A stretch of DNA of 64,000 nt from IMG/VR virus record IMGVR_UViG_3300031251_000001, positions 150,230-214,229 of that record. One strand, written 5' to 3'. The notes under the pieces were generated by a model. The model ran no database searches. It saw only the letters and a list, made by a program, of their open reading frames with translations, and had not been told where the DNA came from. Made by a program: the position numbers and the translations under genes. The stretch's first letter is position 1, and the number at the start of each line of letters is the position of its first letter. Below, in pieces: positions 32,422 through 44,108 of this stretch.

Positions 32422-32874
32422 TCATGCGGTATTATTTTCGGGTGCGAGCCCCAGCGGAACGAAAGAGTGATCGTCAGGCGGCGGTGCAGCAACAGGGGCT
32501 GGTGCCGGCGGCTTGACGGGGGCTGCGGGTTGATTACTGAGTTTGAGTGGTGGGGTAGTCGATTGGCCTGATCGTCGGCTACCCAGGATGCCGATGCCGA
32601 CAGCTCCACCCATCGCTGCGGCCGGGCCAAAGAGCTTGAGCCCCCGCGAGAGAAGACCAGCCGTCTTGCCCAGTCCCATGCCGGTGTTGAGCAAGGCCCT
32701 GCGAAGCTGCCAGCCGGTGTAGAGTTGCTCCACGACGTCGGTGGCTTCCTTCTTCTCTTCGCCTACCTTGTCGGGCAGGGTGATGTCCTTGGGTGTGTGT
32801 TCCTGCCATCGCTTAGCCATCTCGGGCTTCTGAGAATACATCCATCTGCGCTGGGCCTTCGACTTAAACGGCAT
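32422..32874 (-). CDS. conserved phage protein
   Basis: N-terminal MPFKSKAQRRWMY...AKRWQEHTP...LPDKV motif; Gly/Pro-rich tail. Confidence 0.65.
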   Translation of the reverse strand: MPFKSKAQRRWMYSQKPEMAKRWQEHTPKDITLPDKVGEEKKEATDVVEQLYTGWQLRRALLNTGMGLGKTAGLLSRGLKLFGPAAAMGGAVGIGILGSRRSGQSTTPPLKLSNQPAAPVKPPAPAPVAAPPPDDHSFVPLGLAPENNTA

Positions 32875-32996
32875 GACATATCTCCATTTGACCCGGTACG
32901 CTTATCCTAACCCCGGCTCGTGTTGCTTAGCCATATCTAGGTCCCCCGGTGCGGCAATTCCTTCCTTCCGGATCCAATGCAAGCCCGGCGGCGATG
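32875..32996 (-). repeat. irregular CCGG(G) array B
   Basis: CCGG at 32893, 32913, 32946, 32968, 32985; spacing irregular. Confidence 0.3.
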
Positions 32997-33062
32997 CGTT
33001 GTGCCGGCGAGCGTCCACCAGGGACGCCCTAACCAGCTGTGGGCCTACCGGTGGCCCCGTGA
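32997..33062 (-). ncRNA. 66-nt scaffold element, copy B
   Basis: TCACGGGGCCACCGGTAGGCCCACAGCTGGTTAGGGCGTCCCTGGTGGACGCTCGCCGGCACAACG. Confidence 0.8.
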
Positions 33063-33466
33063 CTTCAGTCTAACAAACGGGCGGCTGCCCATGCGGTGCT
33101 GAATGAAGAATCATGTCCTCCAGTCGGAGGTTGACGTCGTCGAGGTAGACCGGGCTAAAGCGGATGCGAGCTTCCTCTTTGGTGCCGTAGCTCGACTGGA
33201 CAGGCGGGTGCTGAGAGAGTTGCTGCTCCTGAACTCGCACCCAAGGCAAACCTCGCAGCTCATCGGGGAGCTTCTCGTAGTAAAGCCGGGAAGACCACTT
33301 CACCGGCGTCAACCACACTAGCTTGCCGTTCTCCTTCGACTCAAAGGTGGCGCCCTCGTAGACCATAAAGGTGCCACTTCGGAAGGCCATGATGGCGGTC
33401 ACCGGTCCCACGCCACATCTGATCTCGGTGGCCAACCGCATGGTGGCCACCGTACGACGGTGCGGG

Positions 33467-34270
33467 TTAAGCGAGATCGCCTTGGTCCTGGTCGGAAGGA
33501 ACAGGCCCGTGATCATTGCTACCAGGCTCCCCAGCAGGCTTCGGCGGTTCGACATGAGTTGCTCTCTTTTCCAAGTCAGCCAGCACGGGAGTGGCGACAG
33601 GGTTATGGGTCTTGTTCAATCTTAACTTAGACAAGGCAGCGCTGAGGTTGGAGGTGCCCTTCTCCTGGAGGCGACGAGCCATCACCTCTTCGCTGCCGGC
33701 ATTGGGGGTGACGGTGGTTTTCTCCTGGCGAATGACTTTCACCCGTGCTCGACTCTGATCATTATCGGCTTCTTTCAGGATCTCGCCAAACGCTTCATGC
33801 GTTGCTTGCTCCTCAAAGACACTCTGTTCCTTGGCGTCCTTACGACGCTGCACACTGACAGGTCCATTCAGGGTGTAGTCGAGAAGCTCGTGACTGTGGC
33901 ATCCCTGGGTGTACTCCCCTTTAGGGAGTGGGTGATCTTTACCTGTGATCTTCAGGGTGCGGAACTGGTTCTCCATCCGCGTCATCGCTGCCCTGACGTG
34001 CTCCTTAAACTCGGCAAAGGTGCCGACAAAGGCGTTGATGTGCACATCCGTCTCATTGGTCACGATGGCCACCGGTTCCTCGCCGGCAGGCACTGCAGGA
34101 AGATCAGCGACCGGTGTGATAGACGGCACCTTCACGGTAGGCAGATAAAGCGGAATGCCGGGACCGTCACCCACCCCGCAGGTAATCCCGAAGTAGAAGA
34201 TGTGCTTGATTGGACCCTTGGGTGGCTTCACCTCGCTGAATATCTCTGGATGCTCGAAGTGATTGCTCAT
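33467..34270 (-). CDS. hypothetical protein
   Basis: GGGGAG RBS, 267 aa. Confidence 0.6.
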   Translation of the reverse strand: MSNHFEHPEIFSEVKPPKGPIKHIFYFGITCGVGDGPGIPLYLPTVKVPSITPVADLPAVPAGEEPVAIVTNETDVHINAFVGTFAEFKEHVRAAMTRMENQFRTLKITGKDHPLPKGEYTQGCHSHELLDYTLNGPVSVQRRKDAKEQSVFEEQATHEAFGEILKEADNDQSRARVKVIRQEKTTVTPNAGSEEVMARRLQEKGTSNLSAALSKLRLNKTHNPVATPVLADLEKRATHVEPPKPAGEPGSNDHGPVPSDQDQGDLA

Positions 34271-35550
34271 ACTTACTCCCCTGGTTACTGGTATCTCTCG
34301 GCCCGCTCCCGACTCATCACGTAAAGCGACTCGCTCTGCTCGGTGGCACTGACTACCACCGTAAAGCTGCAGTCCTTGACGAAGCCCGAGCTGTTGAGCA
34401 GCCCTGGCCCTTTTGTATCCACTGCGTCATGGTCTGTATAGTCGATTATCTCGACGCCGTTACAGACCATGTGCGGAGAGCAGGGGGCAGCTGAGCCGTG
34501 GTGATTCCAGGTGCTGGCGTTCTGGAAGCGGATCAGGGTGCGGTTATGATCCGACAGCACCAGCATTTCTTTAGCTACGATGCTGTACGACTGACGATTG
34601 GGCAGGTTGAGCCAGGCGCGTGGGTTCGACATCGTGAGAGCGATGTTGAGATAGTTATGCCTCTTGCCGTCCTTGCTCACGTTAGCCTTGAAGGCCCCGA
34701 TGATGACCAAGAAGATCGCTACGAAGCACATGGCGAAGAACCAGAGGATGCTGACAGCGTCCATGCTTACCCCTTGAGATGGAAGACCTTGATCAACTCC
34801 TGTCGCAGTTCTGGGTTGGCCTCCAGCACCTGGAGAGTAGTCTCCTGATCGGCAACAAGCAACTCCAACAAGGTGGTAGCCCACTTGACGACATACTCCT
34901 GCTTTGACATCAGCAGGTTGTCGAACTCGGTCGCACAGATGCCACACTGGCTGCGGTGGTCGCAGGTGGCCTTTCCACCCCCGACGAACTTGAGACCGAC
35001 GTCGGAGGGGGCCGGAGTTGACCAACTGACCGGTTGCTTAAACTGTTCAACCACCTGAACCGCCTCATTCTTGCGAGCACGACAAGGCGACTTCATCTCC
35101 GCCGGGACAATGAAATCACCACAGCGCTTGCACCTGACGCACTGACCCTGGCCTGGCGGGTGCGACACAGTACACCGCTCCATGCCCGGTTCGTGCGGTA
35201 AATTGAAAGGATGTGGTTCGCTGACGCCGAGTTCAGATTTGATTTCTTTACACTCCCATGTTTTCTTGTTCGAGTTGTAGTTGTACCAGTGCTCATGCAC
35301 CGATGCCGGCTCGTCGAAGGTGAAGAGGAGCGACACCTCTTTGGGATCCTCGATGTCGAGGTGGAAAGTAGCGGAATGAGCATGGATGCCGTGGGAGACG
35401 GCAGCGTCCACGTTAATAAATGATGACGTGGAGGAATGGTCCGTAACCCTAGACAGGGTACGCACGGTGACTCGTACCTTCTTGGTGTCGGGCCAGATCG
35501 GAAAATGGAAGAAGTAACGGCTGAGTGGCATGGTGGCTCCTGTGGAGGTG

Positions 35551-35889
35551 TTACTTATGATCTTTGACCAGCTGTTCACACTGCTGGGCATAGGTCTTGC
35601 CAATGAACTGCTGCTGGCGTAGAAATCCGAGCTTGGCTCTCGATGTCATCTTCTCCCAGAGCCGGGCTATCATGGGCCTGATCTTATCCAGGCCGACGCC
35701 AGATCGGAAGCGGAAACGACCCTCGGACAGGTCCCCCGTCTCCTCCATGACTCCACCAAGCTCTTCGGGCAGCTGATCACCACCGTCACAATCGATGTCA
35801 GAGTACATATTGACGATGCGTTCAGCGGTGAACTTGCTAGGTACGTTATTAACCCCTTGTGAGGGGTAAGGCGAGGCGTAGATAGGCAT
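35551..35889 (-). CDS. hypothetical protein
   Basis: Start MPIYASPY after AGGAG. Confidence 0.6.
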   Translation of the reverse strand: MPIYASPYPSQGVNNVPSKFTAERIVNMYSDIDCDGGDQLPEELGGVMEETGDLSEGRFRFRSGVGLDKIRPMIARLWEKMTSRAKLGFLRQQQFIGKTYAQQCEQLVKDHK

Positions 35890-35903
35890 GCTTGCTCCTG
35901 GTT

Positions 35904-35919
35904 CAAAATACGTATTTTG
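35904..35919. promoter_or_regulatory. 16-bp palindrome, copy 5
   Basis: Exact; directly at the end of array C. Confidence 0.85.
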
Positions 35920-36079
35920 GGTTCGTGTCTCCGCCCCTGCTTCGTGCTGGTGGACTCCACCTGCTGTGACAAGCCCGACTTGACTCCCTGCTACGAGGTA
36001 GCCAGATCGGCTCACCTGTTGCGAGCATTGGCATCTCCGCCCCTGCCCGTGCGGGAAGAGCATCAACACCCTGCTCGCT
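35920..36079 (-). CRISPR. putative minimal-repeat array C ((RG)CAGG x6)
   Basis: Plus-strand cctg at 36070, 36042, 36015, 35987, 35960, 35936 (periods 28, 27, 28, 27, 24). Confidence 0.6.
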
Positions 36080-36145
36080 CGTTGTGCCAGCGACCCGCCA
36101 CCAGGGCGAACCTAACCAGCTGTAGGCCTAGCAGAGGCCCCGTGA
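36080..36145 (-). ncRNA. 66-nt scaffold element, copy C
   Basis: TCACGGGGCCTCTGCTAGGCCTACAGCTGGTTAGGTTCGCCCTGGTGGCGGGTCGCTGGCACAACG. Confidence 0.8.
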
Positions 36146-36150
36146 ATCGA

Positions 36151-36627
36151 TCAATGACTCGGTGTACGATGCTTCAGCTCAGCCCAGACGTTAGCCGGGG
36201 TCCAGTGGCTCTGTTCCCCTGTCTGATCGAGCGTAGCAATCAACTCGTCCAAGTCGTACCAGGCCCAGCCGTCGCACTTGTCCGGCTCCTTGTTGACCGG
36301 CTCTCCGCCGATGTACTCGGCATACACCCAGTAGGTGATGTGGTTGACTCGCGGTCGATGATCGCTGACGCCCAGGATAGCAGGACAAAACTCAATGTCC
36401 AGATCAGTGCAGACCTGGAGGCCTGTCTCTTCGAGGACCTCACGGTGAACAGCATCCATGATGGTCTCACCATTCTCGACATGCCCACCCGGCAGAGCGA
36501 TGCAGCCTGGTCCGCGTTTGCACGTCATGGAGCGACGGCCGGCCAGGAACTTGCCCTCTTTGTGAATCAAGATGCCCACCCCGGAAGTGGGTGGGCGACC
36601 AAGCAGAACGGTCTTCTCGTCGGTCAT
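36151..36627 (-). CDS. Nudix hydrolase (NUDT15/MutT-like)
   Basis: Nudix box GGHVENGETIMDAVHREVLEETGL; EPVNKEPDKCDGWAW. Confidence 0.92.
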   Translation of the reverse strand: MTDEKTVLLGRPPTSGVGILIHKEGKFLAGRRSMTCKRGPGCIALPGGHVENGETIMDAVHREVLEETGLQVCTDLDIEFCPAILGVSDHRPRVNHITYWVYAEYIGGEPVNKEPDKCDGWAWYDLDELIATLDQTGEQSHWTPANVWAELKHRTPSH

Positions 36628-37390
36628 TTTGGCTCCGGTCGGTGTAGCAGCGTGCCTTTCGGCAGCTTGGCTTTGGCGTACCACCAGCAGTTAGCGCAGG
36701 TGTTGCTGGCACGCTGAGGTTCTTTGGTAATGGGTTCGTCGATTCGCTTGGCCCCGCAGTAGGCTTTGGTGGTGTTGCCAGCGGGGAGCACATGGTAGAG
36801 GTGAGTGCGGAAGAAGCTGATGTCGGGGTTGTCGTATTCGACGGTGAAGCGACTGCGACGCTTGCACCGGCTGCATCGCCGGGGCTCACCACGAGGGCGG
36901 TTCATCGTGGCACCGCAGCTCTGACACTTCCATCGGGTCATGCTACCGCCCTCAAGTGTTTCTCGATTTGAGGCTGGAACACCTTGAAGTCGGTGTACTT
37001 GCCATCTGCGGTGAGTTGGCTGGCGGTCTCCCAGGCAGCCACCATGTCCACCTCACCGATGGTCGGGTATCGTGGCAGGCGATCACGGCCATGCCACGGC
37101 GTCCACGAACCAGAGAGCCGATGATGAACGATCTCCGGGATCGTGTAGATGAACAAGGCGGCGGGGTTACCAGTGCATTCGAGTTGATGGTTGAATGCAC
37201 CCGGTGCACCGCGATCTCGACCGCAAGCAGGATAGTAACCCTGCCAGAAGCCCTTGATCAGCAAGTAGAACGGCAGGTCACCCTTGGGTACGTCCAGCTG
37301 GGCGATGCGGAACTTCCTGGCTCGTATCTGCTTGTCGATCTCGGCACGCAGGCTTTCTGACGCCTGATAGAGCTGAAGCATGACCACTCC

Positions 37391-37933
37391 TTAGTCGCAG
37401 TTATTGTAAGTCAGCACGGCATCCCGATTCTTCCCGTTGACCTTCACATTGAGTTTGATCCAGGCCTCAGAATGATAGCCATCAGTGACCTTGATAGGCA
37501 GCTTATTGCGATCGAACACCTCTTGCATCGCTTCTTTGTCCAGTCGCGTGTCACACAGGCAAGGAGTCAAAGTATCCTGGTCGCGGGAGGAAAGGAAGTC
37601 CAGGCTGAAGGCGTAACCCTTCATGTACTCCTGGCTGCAGCTGATGCCGTTGGTCTGGTTGTGGTGCTCTGGGCCGTCGTCGTCTTCAATGATCACCGTA
37701 GGTCCCTTGGCGAAGTTGACCTTCCAGCTGGGTGTGGCACTGAAGTCGATGGGTGAGTCGTCTTTGACCTGACCGGTGGCGTGATTCACCAGCTCCCGGT
37801 CGATGATCGTCATCCACCGGTCGACGATCTCGTCTTTGGTGTCATCATCGACGCTTTCCCAGACGCCTCTACGGTCATCCAGGTCTTCCCTGATCTTGGC
37901 TGCGATTGACTGAGCTACATCGGAATAGGACAC
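37391..37933 (-). CDS. hypothetical acidic protein
   Basis: GAGGAG RBS, GTG start. Confidence 0.55.
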   Translation of the reverse strand: MSYSDVAQSIAAKIREDLDDRRGVWESVDDDTKDEIVDRWMTIIDRELVNHATGQVKDDSPIDFSATPSWKVNFAKGPTVIIEDDDGPEHHNQTNGISCSQEYMKGYAFSLDFLSSRDQDTLTPCLCDTRLDKEAMQEVFDRNKLPIKVTDGYHSEAWIKLNVKVNGKNRDAVLTYNNCD

Positions 37934-39907
37934 GGTGTCTCCTCAAAGCTATTAGCGAGGCGTTCGATCTCGTCGGCAATGCGGGTAAACTCGTAACCCC
38001 AGCTCGGTGGAGTTCGCTGCTCAAAGATCGCGCGAGCGTTCTCTGCCTTCAGATCCTCAGCTCGAATTAGCTGAGCCTGGATCAGCCCCCAGATGCGCAG
38101 GTTGTGTGGACTCATCGTCTTGCTCCAGGTAGGCAGTATGGTCGGCGTCGGCGTCGAAGTCAACTTCGTCGCCATTGAGGTGGAGAGCCACGCCGTTGTC
38201 GAGGATCATCATGGGTTTACCGCACTGCACGCAGTCACCGGAAGCGATGACATCGTGCTTTTGGATGGGCGCAAAGTTAGGCACGACCAACCCAATGGTC
38301 TCCCAGATCTCCAGGTGAATTAGTTTGTCAGATGACATAGTCCCCTCCACCGGAGAGCCGGCACTTGAGCTCATTCATCACCATGAGAGCAGTGACACCT
38401 GGTAGCTTCTGGCTCCACGCGGCCTGGAGACGGGCGAACTCCTCCTGGGTAAACATAGTGAAGTGATGAGCCCACCAGGTGCGGTTGTCCCAGCACCGAC
38501 CGCACACATCTTGCCGTCGCAACGACTGGCCCAGTGGGGCAAGCGGGCCGTAGCAGTCTTTGCAGATCATGGTTACTCCGGTCTAAGTGTTTTCCAGCCG
38601 TGGCCCATCGCCCACTTGGCGTCACGCTGAGCGTTCTCCCAGGTGTGCCAACAATCTGGGTAACTGTTGTTGGCAAAGAAGTTGAGGCCCTTTTCGGCTG
38701 CGGCCAGGAGCTTCTTAGGGTCGTTGCTGTTCCTGGCTCGCGTGAGGGCTGCCTTGAGCTTGGGGAACTCCCTCTTCATCTTCTCGTAGTCGATCGACAT
38801 TAGAGCCCTCCGGATCATTCAGATCCAAGTCGAGTAAGGTGGCAATATCGGTGACGAGGTTGGCCATGCTGTCGAATCCCTCTTTGCCCTCATCTGTGCT
38901 GCAATCCCAAGAGCCGTCACGACCCTCTCGGCAGCACTTCAGCAGGGTGTTCAGACGCGACTGGATACGCTGCACGTGGTTACGGTAGAGCTCGTTAATG
39001 GTATTACGGAAGCCAGTGACGACACCATCGCCGACTTTGGCCTTAGCCGCCTGCATGACTCCCGTCTGCCCGCTCAGGGTCAGATCCCGCTTGAGGTGGA
39101 TGAGTGTCATCAGGTACTGCAGGTTGTTTCTCATGGTTACTCCTTACCACGGGCAAGCATCTAATCGCGTGGCGTTGTTTGAGTCGAGCAGCTCGGTTTC
39201 GAGGTCGTTGAGGTGCTCTAAGATGTAATACTGCTTGGGGTGTGTCTCGTCGTATTCGCCGCCTGGCTCAGGTTTGTGGATGACACGTGATCCACCGCCC
39301 GTCGTGTACATGAACACGGAGCACAAAACAGAGTCAACCTCCCCACGCCGGTTGTAGTTGTCCTTGCCAGCTGGTGCAACAACATACTGGCTCACCCGCG
39401 GCAGTCTTTTTAACTGTGACTGCAAGATGTCGCCATAGGGAGTGTGGAGGAGAAGATCAACGGGCTCAGGCAGCGGGACGACCACGGGCCGAGGCTTCGG
39501 GACCGGCTCCGGCTCCTCCACCTTGGGTTTCTTAGGCTTCTTGGGTTTAGGTGGAGGTCGCTTCACCTCCGGAAGGGGCAGCGGGCGGTACGTGATAGCC
39601 TTCTGCTGCGGGATCATCCGATCAGGCGGCCTTCAGTGCGGCGTCTGCGTCACCTTGGTGTGTACGATCTCAGCACCGCCGGCCTGCTTGAACTTCTGGG
39701 ACAGCAGGCGGAGGTACTTCACCAGGTCGAGCTCCTCCTCGTTGAGCCCCCTGATCTTGTTGGCTTGCCCGTACCGCATAGCGTCACGCGCTGAACGGTC
39801 TGACCTACCTGTCTCCATGACGTTGGCTTTACCATTCAGTGCGTCAGCGATCAGACGGCAACCCAGACTATTCAGCTTCGTGAGTGGCATGGTATCTCCT
39901 GTTGCTG

Positions 39908-41641
39908 TTATTCCTCGGGTTGATCAGCTGCGTCCCTCTTCTCCTTGAGGATCTTCACCATCGCCTCCAGCTGCGACAGTGTATCGGCGTCACGGTCGGC
40001 CGTCCGCAGCATGCGCTTAGTGAGAGCACGTTTAGCGTAAAGCACCGTCACCGGCAGACGAGCCATAGCCTGGCCCACCGCTGCTGGACCACGAGAACGG
40101 AAGATGTCGTGGAACTTCTCGTAGAACTCCATGCTGTGCACATGCGTCCCGGTGTCAGCGTTGTCGTGACAGTGCTCATGGGCCAGCAGATGGACCAGGC
40201 TGCTGACGCCATCGACGTCGAACTGGAGCCTTCTCAGGTAGTCCCGGCCGATAGCAATGTAGCTCTCGCCGTCCGTCCAGCCCTCGGCCACCGGGGAGCG
40301 ACCGATGCAGAGCTTACGTCGCTTCTCCCAGCTGTTGCGTTCGCGTTTGATGATCAACCAGTAGGCAACATGAGCCAGCTTGAGCCAGATCCCCTCCAGG
40401 GCGGTGAGGTTCTTCTCGGCGATCAAGTCATAGCTCTCGCTGATCGACTTGATCAGCGACTGGAGACTACAGATCTTGTAGCTGGAACCCAGGTTCATCC
40501 TGTACGATTCCTTCCCTGTCCTGATCTTCCACATGACATCAAGGAACTTACTCAACGACATGTTGAACTTGCGCAGGGTCTCCTCGGCCACCACGAACGC
40601 CAGCTTCTGCTGAAACAGCTTATCAGCCCTGCGGTCACCCAGCGGAGCACTGGTGAGGCGTTCTTTGTACTGGTAGGAACATTGAAAGAACTGCTTGATG
40701 GAATAGTGACGACCTGAGCAAGCGGTGATGATCTTGAGATCAACAGCACCCGCCGGCACCTCATCCTGAGCGATCAAGTCGATGAGGCGTTGGCGTTCGT
40801 CATCGTTCATCGACTCCCTCTTGAGGAGTTCCTTCTGGGCGATCTGGTCGACGAACGGTTTGATCTTCCGCCACACCTTGCAGGACGATTGGACGTCGTT
40901 CCTGGCGAAGTTCACCTCCAGCTGCTGACGGCTGACGATGACGCCGCCTACGCCGAAGTGAGAGCCGGCCATGTCCAGTGTGTGCACGCCCAGGTTGTAA
41001 AGAGCCAGGGTGCCGGCACCACGGGTCAGGCGGATGTAGGCCTCATCGGTGACGAAGTCCCACTTTTCTTTAGCGGGGTCGACGTTGATCTTGGTGCCGT
41101 TGTAGACAACAACACACTGGGCGTACTTGGCCCAGCTGCGGATCAACCGCTCAGTCTCGGCAAAGTCCGAGGGCTTCATCCGCTCGTAGAGCTTGATCTC
41201 GATGCGGCAGCCATCCTTCTCAGGCAGGCCACTCTTGAGGTCGTAGTCCAGACCATCGTCGGCGATGTTGACGTTCATCTCGAATGGGCCGGTACGCCAG
41301 CGGTTGCGACCATAGGAGAACATCTGCCCACGGCCCATGCGGAAGGTGCCGTAGATCTTCTTCTCTTTCTCGGTGTGGGGCTGACCGAAGGTCTCAAAGA
41401 AGTCCTCGATCTGCTTGCGTTCGGCGATGCCGATACCGTTGTCGTCGATGAGGACGCTCTCAGGGGTGACGGTGATGGAGCACTTGGTGGCTTTGGCGTC
41501 CACCGAGTTCATGACCCCTTCGAGCACGGCCTTGGCCAGAGTGCCGGCCTGCCGCTTGATAACGTCCAGGAGGAGCTTCGGGTGCATCCCGAAGCGACGG
41601 CGCTCGATGTTGTCGGTACGTGCGAGTGCGGAAACGGACAT
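39908..41641 (-). CDS. GHKL (HATPase_c/Hsp90-like) ATPase protein
   Basis: EGVMNSVDA, IDDNGIG, YGTFRMGRG, GCRIEI; HEHCH near the C-terminus. Confidence 0.85.
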   Translation of the reverse strand: MSVSALARTDNIERRRFGMHPKLLLDVIKRQAGTLAKAVLEGVMNSVDAKATKCSITVTPESVLIDDNGIGIAERKQIEDFFETFGQPHTEKEKKIYGTFRMGRGQMFSYGRNRWRTGPFEMNVNIADDGLDYDLKSGLPEKDGCRIEIKLYERMKPSDFAETERLIRSWAKYAQCVVVYNGTKINVDPAKEKWDFVTDEAYIRLTRGAGTLALYNLGVHTLDMAGSHFGVGGVIVSRQQLEVNFARNDVQSSCKVWRKIKPFVDQIAQKELLKRESMNDDERQRLIDLIAQDEVPAGAVDLKIITACSGRHYSIKQFFQCSYQYKERLTSAPLGDRRADKLFQQKLAFVVAEETLRKFNMSLSKFLDVMWKIRTGKESYRMNLGSSYKICSLQSLIKSISESYDLIAEKNLTALEGIWLKLAHVAYWLIIKRERNSWEKRRKLCIGRSPVAEGWTDGESYIAIGRDYLRRLQFDVDGVSSLVHLLAHEHCHDNADTGTHVHSMEFYEKFHDIFRSRGPAAVGQAMARLPVTVLYAKRALTKRMLRTADRDADTLSQLEAMVKILKEKRDAADQPEE

Positions 41642-42000
41642 GCGTTTGAATCCTTGTCTGGTTACCAGGGTGAGTTAGAAGGTGAGGTCGTTGAGGTGGC
41701 GGAGAGCGATCTTGGCCCAGGCGTCAGTCAACCTTTGCCGGTCAAGTTCCGAAACGTGCATGGTGTCGACATGAGGGCCATCCACCAAGTCTTGCACGAT
41801 GTCTCGCCCGATCTGCTGGGCTGCCAGCTGCAGGTCGGTGTTGATGACCGCTGCCACCTTAGCGGTGAGTGGGGTAGATTTGGGTGGATCGAGCTTCTGG
41901 ATGATGTTCTTGGACAATTGCTCAACGATAGAGGCATCATCGTGTTTGACCTCGACATCGTAATCCCTGACTTTGAATCTGACCGTGATCATGGTGGCTC

Positions 42001-42627
42001 CTAGTGTTTCTTGTACCAGGCAAGTTGCTCACCGATGCCCAGGCCCTTCAGCGGGAAGATCATGGGGAGGTGAGTAACCAGCCGTTCGGTGTAGAGCTGT
42101 CCCGCGTGGGCATAGAACATGGTGTTACAGAACCGCAACTTAGATAGCTCCAGCTCCACGTTGACGGCCCACAGGCGGTTATACGAAGCGGTGAGCTTCT
42201 GGTCATAAGGTTCGATCACCTGATTCAGCTTCACCACCCCGTGCTTGGCTGACAGGATGACGTTACGACGATAGTGCCGCCTGCAGTAAGCCAGGGCCTT
42301 CTTGAACAAGTCGGACTGGTAGAGCTGGTCGGCTCGGGCAGGGTGATCGAGCTTCTCCCCGCAGCAGGCGATGAGGCCGATGCGGTGCTGGAAATGTGGG
42401 TGTTCCAGGTAGTAGGCAGCTTCCTGGGCCTGGCCTTCGTTCTGGAAGCCCAGGATGGCATGCTTCTCCTGACTGTCCCAGAGACGGTAGCAGGAGTAGG
42501 GCTGCTTCATGCGGCCGGCCCACTGGATGGCAAACCGGCCCTCATGGTCACGCCACACCCGCTCATCTTTGACGGTGGTGAGCTCCCACTGCTTGCGTGA
42601 GGGATCGGGCTGCGAGAGTGGGATCAT
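42001..42627 (-). CDS. DUF6884-like protein
   Basis: LIACCGEK...ADQLYQSDLF...ILSAKHG......IEPYD..L...GLGIGEQL. Confidence 0.75.
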   Translation of the reverse strand: MIPLSQPDPSRKQWELTTVKDERVWRDHEGRFAIQWAGRMKQPYSCYRLWDSQEKHAILGFQNEGQAQEAAYYLEHPHFQHRIGLIACCGEKLDHPARADQLYQSDLFKKALAYCRRHYRRNVILSAKHGVVKLNQVIEPYDQKLTASYNRLWAVNVELELSKLRFCNTMFYAHAGQLYTERLVTHLPMIFPLKGLGIGEQLAWYKKH

Positions 42628-44108
42628 GAAGCCACCCAGGGCATGTCCTGCAGATTGATGATCTCCAGCTCCCAGCCTCGCTCGCGTAAGCAGTCATACA
42701 CGTCACTGTCACTCCAGCCGTCGTCCTGCTTTTTGATCTTCCGGAGGGCGGTGTTGAAAGCGGTGGTGAAGTACATGTCGGGCCGGGGAGTAACCATGAT
42801 CAGGGTGTGTGAGTGATGACTGCGATCACCATCGTCATCGTGGCGGTAGAGCAGAATCTTCTTGGAGTCGATGAGTTTGCGTAGCTCGGCGGGTTTCATG
42901 TTTCTTAGTCCTTTGCTGATGGAGGAAGGTGACGGCCTCATGTTCGTGCTCGGCCAGCAGTTTGAGCCCACGGTAGATGTCTTTCCAGCCGAAGACCACC
43001 TTGCCGTTGGGACAGTGATAGAGGTGGCCACGGCCCGAGGCGAGCAGCAGGGCAGCGGTCAGGGCCTTCAGCTGCGTCTGGAAGCCCAGGCCGTTGGGAG
43101 CGATCACCATCGTTCCTTGAGGGTCGTTGAGGTAGTAGGGCCAGAGAGCGGTCGGGTGCATGCAATGCCTCACCCGCCACGTTCCGCCCTTACGGTCGGG
43201 GATCTGAATCTCGGCGGGGAAGGCCACGACTACTCCTCTTGTTCGGCTTCGTAGTGCATGACACCACGCTGCAGAATCTTCTTGAAGTCCATGCCCTCCC
43301 GATCGCACAGGTGCATCAGGTAACTGAGCAGATCACCGACCACGGTTTCTTTGTCGTGTTCCAGGTCGCCGCTGGTGTCCTGGTGTGTAAGGTGAGCGAG
43401 TGCGATCAACGCTTCATTGGCGTAGTCAGCCCGCAAATCGTTGTCCATCTCGACCGTGAGCAGCGGCAGGCGCTTGGGGCGAGGTCTCTTCTTGGCTTTA
43501 ACGGGCATAGACTCTCCTAGGCGCTAGTGACTTTAAGAACGACGTCAGGCCGGACATTATCAGCCGGTACGTTCCAGATAACGCGATAAACCGACCACCG
43601 CGCATCAGCGACGAGGATGATGTCACCCTCGCGAGGTACTTGGGGCCACTCCGCATTACACAGTAGGCACTCCTGCTCACCGCCGACGATGAAGATGGAG
43701 ACACGGATGGGCATGGTTACCTCGATTGTTTGATGGCGACAATGGTAGCGAACAGCTCAGCGAAGGCGTCGAACCACACCTGCTCTTCAGCATGAGCAGT
43801 GGGTTGTTTGTGGTAGGTGCGACGTCGTCGCCTACTCTCGTATTCCTTCCACTCTTTCTTGCCGACCAGACGCAAGGCAACACGACGCAACAGGTCCTCG
43901 CGCACCATCCTGGACTCCCTGATCTCATAGAAGACCGGATCCAGGATGGTGCGACTGAAACCACGAACAGGACGACCAGTGAACTTGTAGGTGCCATAGT
44001 CACCCCTGATCTGTGCTCGTGTCCAAGCCGTGATCCCGTCCCTGGCCGTTTTGGTAAGTGGGTCTGAGATAGGTTTTAACAGCTTGTCGAGAAAGTCCTG
44101 GGTCATGA

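Noticed and set aside
35890-36069. N-terminal ORF extensions across palindromes/arrays (35551-36069, 51932-52627, 7916-8428, 30201-30512)
   Set aside because: Downstream ATGs have good SD sequences; the extensions only read through non-coding elements.
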